A stretch of 64,000 nucleotides of DNA from an uncultured Pseudobdellovibrionaceae bacterium (GTDB lineage: Bacteria; Pseudomonadota; Alphaproteobacteria; Micavibrionales; Micavibrionaceae). Position 1 is the stretch's first letter, and each line of letters opens with the position of its first letter. This document shows positions 5,499-12,971 of this stretch, piece after piece. The notes beneath the pieces are model-generated. The model did not search any database. It was not told the DNA's origin and saw only the letters and a program-made list of their open reading frames with translations. The stretch spans positions 4,560 through 68,559 of the forward strand of contig CAZCIB010000005.1 in the NCBI GenBank assembly GCA_964498755.1, written 5' to 3'. A program made the translations under genes and the position numbers.

Positions 5499-6950
5499 AT
5501 GACAAACATAAAAAAATACGAACAAAGTTGCGAGCCTGAAAAACAGGGGCCGGAAATTGTCACGTTTGGCTGCCGCCTCAACATCTACGAGTCGGAGGTT
5601 ATGCGTGCGCACGCGCAGAATTCAGGGCTTGACGACGTTGTCATTTTCAATACCTGCGCCGTTACGAAAGAAGCCGAACGGCAGGCGCGGCAGGCCATTC
5701 GCAAGGCCCGGCGCGATCACCCGGAACGGAAAATTATCGTGACCGGCTGCGCGGCCCAGATCGATCCCGACGGCTTTGCGGGCATGAACGAGGTTGATTT
5801 TGTTGTAGGCAATGATTTGAAGTTGAAAGAAGAAGTATGGCAGGGCCTTGAGCGTCCCTCACCCTGTCCCTCACCCACTTTGCTAACGCTTTCATCTGAT
5901 GATGAAAGCGAAGCTCCGTTGCCCTCTCCCTTAAGGGAGAGGGAGGGGCCCGGCGAAGCATCGCGAAGCCGGGAGGGTGAGGGATCTGGTGAGGGACAGG
6001 GTGAGGGGCAAAACCGCCATGCGAAAATCCTCGTCAACGACATCATGTCCGTCCGTGAAACGGCCTCTCACCTGATCGAGGGGATGGAGGGCAGGGCGCG
6101 GGCATTTCTGCAGGTCCAGAACGGCTGCGATCACCGTTGCACCTTCTGCATTATCCCGTACGGGCGCGGCAATTCGCGCTCGGTTCCGATCGGGGAGATC
6201 GTTAAACAGGTCCGCGCTCTTGTTGAAAGCGGATATAAGGAAATCGTTTTCACGGGCGTTGACGTAACCTCTTACGGCCCGGATCTGCCCGGCGCGCCTA
6301 CGCTCGGGCAGATGATCCGGCGCGTTCTGGCGCTTGTGCCGGAACTGCCGCGCCTTCGTCTTTCCTCGCTCGACCCGGTGGAGATTGACGACGATCTCTG
6401 GCGGCTCATTGAAAATGAGCCGCGCCTGATGCCGCATCTCCATCTCTCGCTTCAGGCCGGGGACGATATGATCCTCAAGCGCATGAAGCGCAGACATCTG
6501 CGTCAGGACGTCATCGACATGTGCGAGCGGGCGCGCAGCTACCGCCCGGACATCGCCTTTGGCGCGGATATTATCGCGGGCTTTCCGACCGAGACCGAAG
6601 AGATGTTCCGCCGCTCTCTCGATATCGTCGAGGAATGCGCGCTCAGTTATCTGCATGTTTTCCCCTATTCGCCGCGCCCCGGCACGCCAGCCGCCAAAAT
6701 GCCGCAGGTTCCCGGCAATGTGCGTAAAGAGCGCGCCGCGAGACTGCGCGAGGCCGGGCGTGTTCAGCTTGAAAAGAACACGAGGGCGTATGTGGGACGG
6801 CGCGTCCAGGTCATCGTGGAAAAAGACGGTCAGGGGCGCACGGAGCATTTCGCCCAGGTTCAGCTTGATCAAAGCTTCGGGCAGGGTGCGCTTCTGGCGG
6901 CGGAAACAGTGGCCGCAGAAGGCGGGGTTCTGCTGGCGCAGTCGTTATAG
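5499..6950 (+). CDS. mtaB: tRNA methylthiotransferase MtaB (MiaB-like radical SAM) carrying an in-frame ~51-codon repeat-derived insert
   Basis: N-terminal MTTase domain (VTFGCRLNIYESE), radical-SAM CDHRCTFCIIPYGRG, and a TRAM-like C-terminus. dapF-mtaB-ftsY synteny. ATG at 5499; the ORF opens at GTG 5490. Confidence 0.88.
   Translation: MTNIKKYEQSCEPEKQGPEIVTFGCRLNIYESEVMRAHAQNSGLDDVVIFNTCAVTKEAERQARQAIRKARRDHPERKIIVTGCAAQIDPDGFAGMNEVDFVVGNDLKLKEEVWQGLERPSPCPSPTLLTLSSDDESEAPLPSPLREREGPGEASRSREGEGSGEGQGEGQNRHAKILVNDIMSVRETASHLIEGMEGRARAFLQVQNGCDHRCTFCIIPYGRGNSRSVPIGEIVKQVRALVESGYKEIVFTGVDVTSYGPDLPGAPTLGQMIRRVLALVPELPRLRLSSLDPVEIDDDLWRLIENEPRLMPHLHLSLQAGDDMILKRMKRRHLRQDVIDMCERARSYRPDIAFGADIIAGFPTETEEMFRRSLDIVEECALSYLHVFPYSPRPGTPAAKMPQVPGNVRKERAARLREAGRVQLEKNTRAYVGRRVQVIVEKDGQGRTEHFAQVQLDQSFGQGALLAAETVAAEGGVLLAQSL
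5856..6007 (+). mobile_element. Family B nested palindromic element inserted in frame within mtaB
   Basis: Perfect 20-bp terminal inverted repeat: CCCTCACCCTGTCCCTCACC (5856-5875) against GGTGAGGGACAGGGTGAGGG (5988-6007). Internal hairpins are GCTTTCAtctgatgaTGAAAGC and CCCTCTCCCttaaGGGAGAGGG. Confidence 0.9.
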
Positions 6951-7006
6951 GGGTAATTTTTTAACATTTATGCGTTAACCTGATTAACGGGTATCAGGAG
7001 CGCGTA

Positions 7007-7717
7007 ATGTTCGTCTTGTCTCTCTCCGCCCCGATTACGGCGGCTTTAATCCTTGCTTCAGGCGGGACGACCTGCAGCGGTGAAAAGGACTTTCGCACAT
7101 ACGTCAATCTTGTGCGCACAACGCCGGACGTCGTATACGACACGTCCAGAACAAAGAAATACCTGACCGAAAACCATTAGGAAGTTATCGATAAATGGAA
7201 GAGCAAGAACGAGGACCACGTCTGGGCTTCCAGGGAAATGGAAATAGGCGGGCTTGCGCGCGGCGGTATTGGCGTTACTTCGCGCATAAAAATGCGCGGC
7301 GCGCATCTGGATCGCTACGGCATTTACTGGTGTCCATTCATCGAACGCGTAGACATTGAAATTTTTTATGCGACGACGATTTTTATCCCGAAAGATATCC
7401 TGAAGAATTCATGCGAAGTTGCGCTCGTTAACGAACACGAGCTTGGGCATCATGAAATTAACCTTGGCGTCGTCAATAAATATGCGTCGAAACTGCGCAA
7501 AGACCTTGATTACATGATCGCCTATCTGGAAAAGGACTACGTGAAAAAGCATGAGCTGCAAAAGCGCTTCAGGGAAGTCCAGACAGGCCTTTCAGACGCG
7601 ATCGAGGTTTACGGCGAATATATGCGCATGGACATGGAAAAGCTCAACGGTCATCATGACCGGCCTGAGGAATACGAGAGGCTCTCCCGGGAAGCGCGAA
7701 ATTGCCGTGAGCGCTGA
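7007..7717 (+). pseudogene. Putative secreted HExxH Zn-metalloprotease (DUF922/COG5661-like) interrupted by an in-frame TAG at 7178-7180
   Basis: AGGAG RBS then ATG 7007. MFVLSLSAPITAALILASGG is signal-like. The same frame continues after the TAG into ORF 7238-7717, which contains NEHELGHHEI. Confidence 0.45.
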
Positions 7718-7807
7718 TTTTGTTTCGTCTTGTGGAATTGATGCGCGGATTGCCTTTGAGGGGGAACAGGTCTATTGTCAATTCAACGACATATAGAAAG
7801 AGCCCAC

Positions 7808-8992
7808 ATGATATTCTGGCGAAAAAACAAAAATGCTCAGGAGCAGGAACAGGAAAACGCGGACGATCAGTTGCTCCATCCGAGGAACGAGCCTGAACTC
7901 GAGCCGCCGACGGAATATGAAACGGATATCGATCCGGAAACGGAGCATGAGCTCGAAGAAACCGAGAACGAGATTCTTGACGAGCTTGACTTGACGCCGG
8001 TTCCGCAGCATACGCCGCTGGAAGACGCACGTACGCATGAAGAGGAAATTGCGCATGACAGGGAAGAAGAGGGCGGCGGCTGGCTCTCGCGTCTGACGCA
8101 GGGGCTCTCGAAATCCTCGCAAAAAATCTCGCAAGGCCTTGGCGACCTCATTACCAAGCGCAAACTGGATCAGGATACGCTCGACCAGCTGGAAGAGTTG
8201 CTGATCAGCGCGGACCTTGGGCCGGTGACCGCGGCGAAGGTTGTGGCGGATTTCTCTGAAGGTCGCTTTAACAAAGAGCTCGAGGAAAATGAAATCCGGG
8301 AAGCCCTGGCGGAAAGCATCGCGAAAATCCTGGAGCCCGTAGCGAAGCCGCTCGATTTGCCTGAAAAAAGCGGCGCGCCGCACGTTATACTTGTCTCGGG
8401 CGTGAACGGCGTCGGCAAGACGACGACAATTGGCAAGCTTGCCGCATGGATGCATTTCCAAAACCACAAGAAAGTTATGATCGCGGCGGGCGACACCTTC
8501 CGCGCGGCGGCCATTGAGCAGCTCGAAGTCTGGGCGGAGCGCGCCCGCTGCGCCTTCGTCTCAAGGGAACCCGGTTCTGACGCTGCGGCTGTAGCCTACG
8601 AAGCCTTTGAAAAGGCGGCGGCGGAAGGAACCGACATCCTGCTGGTGGATACGGCCGGACGCCTGCATAACAAGGCTAATTTGATGGCGGAGCTTGAAAA
8701 GATCATCCGCGTCTTGAAGAAAAAGGATGAAATCGCGCCGCACGAGGTCCTTCTGGTCCTGGACGCAACGACGGGCCAGAACGCGCATGCGCAGGTTGAG
8801 ACGTATAAGGATATCCTGAACATCACGGGCCTGATCGTCACCAAGCTGGACGGCAGCGCGCGCGGCGGCGTCGTGGTCGGGCTCGCCGATAAATTCGGTC
8901 TGCCGATCTACGCCGTCGGGGTCGGGGAGGGCATTGAGGATCTCCAGCCCTTCCATCCGCGGGAATTCGCCCGGACGCTTGTGGGGCTCTAA
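7808..8992 (+). CDS. ftsY: Signal recognition particle receptor FtsY
   Basis: Acidic N-terminal region followed by the NG domain: VSGVNGVGKTTTIGKLA, DTAGRLHNK, TKLDGSARGG. ATG at 7808 preferred over TTG at 7775. Confidence 0.95.
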   Translation: MIFWRKNKNAQEQEQENADDQLLHPRNEPELEPPTEYETDIDPETEHELEETENEILDELDLTPVPQHTPLEDARTHEEEIAHDREEEGGGWLSRLTQGLSKSSQKISQGLGDLITKRKLDQDTLDQLEELLISADLGPVTAAKVVADFSEGRFNKELEENEIREALAESIAKILEPVAKPLDLPEKSGAPHVILVSGVNGVGKTTTIGKLAAWMHFQNHKKVMIAAGDTFRAAAIEQLEVWAERARCAFVSREPGSDAAAVAYEAFEKAAAEGTDILLVDTAGRLHNKANLMAELEKIIRVLKKKDEIAPHEVLLVLDATTGQNAHAQVETYKDILNITGLIVTKLDGSARGGVVVGLADKFGLPIYAVGVGEGIEDLQPFHPREFARTLVGL

Positions 8993-8993
8993 G

Positions 8994-10502
8994 ATGCAGA
9001 TTCTTCAAAACCACGCATTCAAGCCGCGAAGTTTCGACGACCCTGAAAAAGCCTTTGAGGCGGTCAGGGAGATATACGAGCATAACGTCGCTTATCTGCG
9101 GGAAAAGTACGAAGAGTTCACTAGGGGGCAGCTGACAGACGCGCGCGTGACGGCGTATTACCCCTATATCAAGATCATTTCGCCAAATTCCAGCCGCGCC
9201 GATACGCGGCTGTCATACGGATTCGTTTCGAAGCCAGGAGAGTACGTCGCAACGCTCACAGCGCCGCATATTTTTGATCATTACTACATAGAGCAAATGC
9301 GTTTGCTGATGACCAATCATCAGGCTCCCGTTGAGGTGGGCGTGAGCGAGACGCCGATCCCGATTCATTTCGCGCTCGGGGAAAGTTATTACCCGGAACA
9401 GGAACTGCCGCCGGACTTGTCGCCGCGGGTGCCGGAAATCTTTAACGTGCCGCAGCTGGGCGAGATGGACGACGCCGTGGCGAACGGCGCTTACTCCATG
9501 AAGCCGGGGGTTCCGGGCCCGCTTTCGCTCTTTACCGCGCCGCGCGTGGATTTGAGTCTGATGCGTCTCAGGCATTATTGCGGGACGAGCGCCGAGCATT
9601 TCCAGAATTTCGTGATTTTTACGAATTACCAGTTTTATATCGACGAGTTTGTGAAAATCTGCCGCGATATCATGGCGCCGACGGACCATGCCGATCTCAA
9701 GGCGGAGCGCAGTCAGTACACGGCTTTCGTCGAGCCCGGCAACCGCGTGACCGTGAACAGAAATCTAAAAAATCCCGGCGAGGACGAGGCGGGGACGGTA
9801 ATGGCGCGCCTGCCGCAAATGCCGGCCTATCACCTGAAAATGAAAAACGGGGCAGGGATTACGATGGTCAATATCGGCATCGGCCCCTCGAACGCCAAGA
9901 CGATTACCGACCATATCGCCGTCCTCAGGCCGCATTGCTGGCTGATGCTCGGCCATTGCGCGGGCCTCAGGAATTCGCAAGGGTTAGGGGACTATGTGCT
10001 TGCGCATGGTTACCTGCGGCAGGACAACGTGATGTATCACGACCTGCACCCGAGCATTCCCATTCCGCCGCTCTCGGAAATCCAGCTCGCCCTTGAAAAG
10101 GCCGTGGCCACCGTGACGGGGTATCAGGGCTATGATTTAAAAAAGATCATGCGGACCGGGACGGTTGCGACGATAGACGACCGCAACTGGGAGCTTAGGC
10201 CCTCAACCTTCCAGACCCAGCGTTTCAGTCAGAGCCGCGCGATTGCGCTCGACATGGAATCCGGCACAATCGCCGCGAACGGATTCCGGTTTCGCGTGCC
10301 TTACGGGACGCTGCTCTGCGTGTCGGACAAGCCGCTGCACGGCCAGTTAAAGCTTCCCGGCATGGCCGACGCCTTTTACCGCGAGCGCGTCGAGCAGCAC
10401 TTGCAGATCGGTTTGCTGGCCATGGCGCTCCTGCGCGATATCGGCCCGGAACGCCTGCATAGCCGGAAACTCCGCAGTTTCAACGAGGTTGCGTTTTTGT
10501 AA
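8994..10502 (+). CDS. amn: AMP nucleosidase
   Basis: ~500 aa. The C-terminal PNP/UDP-type domain has MVNIGIGPSNAKTITDHIAVLRPHCWLMLGHCAGLR, typical of Amn. ATG lies 1 nt after the ftsY stop. Confidence 0.8.
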   Translation: MQILQNHAFKPRSFDDPEKAFEAVREIYEHNVAYLREKYEEFTRGQLTDARVTAYYPYIKIISPNSSRADTRLSYGFVSKPGEYVATLTAPHIFDHYYIEQMRLLMTNHQAPVEVGVSETPIPIHFALGESYYPEQELPPDLSPRVPEIFNVPQLGEMDDAVANGAYSMKPGVPGPLSLFTAPRVDLSLMRLRHYCGTSAEHFQNFVIFTNYQFYIDEFVKICRDIMAPTDHADLKAERSQYTAFVEPGNRVTVNRNLKNPGEDEAGTVMARLPQMPAYHLKMKNGAGITMVNIGIGPSNAKTITDHIAVLRPHCWLMLGHCAGLRNSQGLGDYVLAHGYLRQDNVMYHDLHPSIPIPPLSEIQLALEKAVATVTGYQGYDLKKIMRTGTVATIDDRNWELRPSTFQTQRFSQSRAIALDMESGTIAANGFRFRVPYGTLLCVSDKPLHGQLKLPGMADAFYRERVEQHLQIGLLAMALLRDIGPERLHSRKLRSFNEVAFL

Positions 10503-10509
10503 ACCGGCC

Positions 10510-10686
10510 TTAGTCCTGCTTACCGGGCGGTTTTTTCATCGAAACGAACAGCCCGACGGGTTTCTTGCGGCGGCATAGAACGATGGCCCGCGCCTCGCCG
10601 GACTCCAGCATGCGCACGTACCGCGCCAGGTTGGTTTTAAGCTCGTGCATGGAGGTATGCAGATAGCCGTCTTTGTCGATCAACAC
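10510..10686 (-). CDS. Truncated Phd/YefM-type antitoxin-like protein with no partner toxin
   Basis: ...SMHELKTNLARYVRMLESGEARAIVLCRRKKPVGLFVS matches the N-terminal DNA-binding half of Phd/YefM antitoxins. GTG start at 10686 follows GAGAGG. No toxin ORF follows. Confidence 0.4.
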   Translation of the reverse strand: MLIDKDGYLHTSMHELKTNLARYVRMLESGEARAIVLCRRKKPVGLFVSMKKPPGKQD

Positions 10687-10951
10687 GACAAACCTCTCTT
10701 TCTGTTTCGGGTTACTTTTGTGATATGTGAAGAGTAACGGGCCCGTTAAACGGACTAAGTCCGGTTTTTTTTGCGTTTCCAAAAAGGGGACACACACTTT
10801 TTTGCTTTAAAAGCGTGTGTCCCCGGAAAGCCCGATTGGCGCCAGGCGCAAAAAAAACGGCGCGGATTTTATCCGGCCGCAACTCGGGCGCTGATCTGAT
10901 GAGCCTATCAGAAAACGGCGCATTTGTCACATACAGCCGGATACAACAACA

Positions 10952-11171
10952 GGGGAATCGCGTGAAGTTATGAAATATATCTGCTTAAGATATTGTTTAT
11001 AAATAATTGTCATCCCGAACGCGAAGCGGAGGGATCTGTGTAAAATGGATTCTACACAGATTTCTCGCAGCAGCCTGTCCCCGCGAAGGCGGGGGCTCGA
11101 AATGACAAACATATATAAATCAATGCATTAAAGGCTCTTTGCAAATATTCATAACTTCACGCGATTACCCC
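10952..11171. mobile_element. MITE-like element with ~27-bp terminal inverted repeats enclosing a family A doublet
   Basis: GGGGAATCGCGTGAAGTTATGAAATAT (10952-10978) against AATATTCATAACTTCACGCGATTACCCC (11144-11171). CCGGATACA is present near both ends (10937-10945, 11170-11178). Confidence 0.65.
11009..11106. repeat. Family A hairpin doublet (inside the MITE-like element)
   Basis: GTCATCCCGAACGCGAAGCGGAGGGATC ... GTCCCCGCGAAGGCGGGGGCTCGAAATGAC. Confidence 0.7.
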
Positions 11172-11228
11172 GGATACACAAAGGGACGCGAAGATCGCAT
11201 CCCTCTTTAAAGCCTATGCGCTGGGGCT

Positions 11229-11510
11229 TTAAACGCTGATATCTACCAGAGAGCCGCGCCCGCCGCCAGAAGTCGGCTGGCTTTCCGCTGCGGAAGCCTG
11301 CTGGACGGGCTGGCCGCCTTGCCGGTCCTGCGCGCTAACGCTTGTTTCCTGCGTATTGCTGACAGGCGCGCCAGGTTCGCGCTGAATAACGTTATCCTGC
11401 TGTTGCTGGTTTTGCTGTTGCAGCGCGCCTGATTGCTGCGGATTTGCCGCCGCTGGCTGCGTCGCCGTTGTTACCGTATTCGCCTGAAACCCGGAAATTG
11501 GTCCAACCAT
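11229..11510 (-). CDS. Hypothetical Gln/Ala-rich low-complexity protein (93 aa)
   Basis: ORF is divergent from the DUF2336-like gene. The hairpin AGGGACGCGaagatCGCATCCCT lies just downstream (11182-11204). Low-complexity composition, so coding status is uncertain. Confidence 0.35.
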   Translation of the reverse strand: MVGPISGFQANTVTTATQPAAANPQQSGALQQQNQQQQDNVIQREPGAPVSNTQETSVSAQDRQGGQPVQQASAAESQPTSGGGRGSLVDISV

Positions 11511-11755
11511 AACAAATCCCTTCCAGTCTTATTGAACTCCAACTCCTAATATAACACGCATTCCTTAAAAAGTCCTTTTTTTTTATGAGAGCGCCACACG
11601 CATGCGCAGGAAATATACGCAACATTGTTACGGTTAAATGGCGCTTTTTAACGGTTTCGTAAATCTTTTGGGTTATGAAATGTATTAAGGTCATTGTTTT
11701 GTCTGAGCCCTAAAAAAACAGAAACGGGCAAGGGCAGAATAGCAGGGGTAAAAAA

Positions 11756-12883
11756 ATGCTGGATAACGAAACATCCCGCGTTGCGCCGCTTCTGGTGCAG
11801 CTCTACGACAGTCACAAGCTCTACGCGCTGGCAAGAGATTCCAGTGATCCCGCGCGCCGCGAGCTGTCCGGCATTATTCTCGATTTGTTCCAGAGCGATT
11901 TGAGCGCGCGCGAGGCCGAGCTTATTTCCGACGTGCTGATCAATCTGATGCGCCAGATAGAGATCGACTTGCGCGCGGCTATGGCAGAAAAGCTGGCAAG
12001 ACTGGATAATATCCCCTTACGGGTTATCCTTTTTCTCGCCGCAGACGAGATCAATGTCGCCGAGCATGTCCTGCTGCACAGCCCGGTCTTAAATGATCTA
12101 GATCTGCTTTACATCATACAATCGCAGGGGCCGGAATACTGGCGGGCGATTGCGCAACGCCAAAAGCTCGCCAGCCAGGTTGTTAGCGTCCTCGCGGAGA
12201 CGCGCGATCTGGTCACGCTTAAAAATCTGGCGGGCAATGACAATATTTCACTGACGGAGAAAGCGTACGGCGTGATCGGAGAATTTGCGGAAAGCCATGC
12301 TGATCTGGCGGAAATCACTGTGCGCCGGGAAGACGTGCCGTCTGAGTTGGCCGTGCGTCTTTATCGCATTGTCGGTCATGAAATTAAAAGCCGCATAACG
12401 ACCCGCTTTCCACAAGTTAAGGCATCTGTTGAAAAATCCTACAGGGAAGCCGTTATAGATATGGTTGAAAGCGCGGAGGCGCCGCGGGACGCCTTCCTGC
12501 CCGACGAGTCGCAAATCAACGCCGCGTTTGCCGCGCGCGACGCAGGGACGCTTGGCCTGCCGTCGATGCTTGAAACATTGCGCGCTGGAAATATCCGGTC
12601 TTTTATTGCCCAGTGCGCGGTTTACACAGGATTAGCATGCCAGACAGTCGCTGAAATCCTGAGACAGGAAAACGGGCAGGGACTTGCCGTTTTATGCCGG
12701 GCAAGAGATATCAACAAGTCAGATTTTCTGACGATTTTTCTCCTGACGGGACGGATCAGGAAGGCCGAGAAAATCGTCAGCAAGACTACAATGACGCGCG
12801 CGCTCGGCTACTATGACCGGATCAGCAAGCCGCTGGCCGAGCGGATTATGAGGAATTCACAGCAGTCAGTTGGCAGTTTTTAG
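11756..12883 (+). CDS. DUF2336-like protein
   Basis: 375 aa helical-repeat protein. ...ERELISDVLINLMRQIEIDLRAAMAEKLARLDNIPLRVILFLAADEINVAEHVLLHSPVLNDLDLLYII fits my recollection of DUF2336 proteins common in Alphaproteobacteria. Confidence 0.6.
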   Translation: MLDNETSRVAPLLVQLYDSHKLYALARDSSDPARRELSGIILDLFQSDLSAREAELISDVLINLMRQIEIDLRAAMAEKLARLDNIPLRVILFLAADEINVAEHVLLHSPVLNDLDLLYIIQSQGPEYWRAIAQRQKLASQVVSVLAETRDLVTLKNLAGNDNISLTEKAYGVIGEFAESHADLAEITVRREDVPSELAVRLYRIVGHEIKSRITTRFPQVKASVEKSYREAVIDMVESAEAPRDAFLPDESQINAAFAARDAGTLGLPSMLETLRAGNIRSFIAQCAVYTGLACQTVAEILRQENGQGLAVLCRARDINKSDFLTIFLLTGRIRKAEKIVSKTTMTRALGYYDRISKPLAERIMRNSQQSVGSF

Positions 12884-12966
12884 TAGGCAGTAGGCAGTTT
12901 TCAGCAGGCAGTTGGCGGTCGATGGTCTTACTGCCAACTACCAACTACCAACTACCAACTACCAAC
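12863..12966. repeat. Word-armed palindrome (family C) between convergent genes; overlaps the DUF2336-like stop codon
   Basis: Left arm has GTTGGCAGT/GTAGGCAGT words (12863-12918). Right arm is ACTGCCAAC then TACCAAC x4 (12930-12966). Confidence 0.8.
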
Positions 12967-12971
12967 AAGAT

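Noticed and set aside
5931-6872. 313-aa minus-strand ORF
   Set aside because: It is antisense to mtaB (clear radical-SAM motifs on the plus strand), and its translation has no recognisable motifs.
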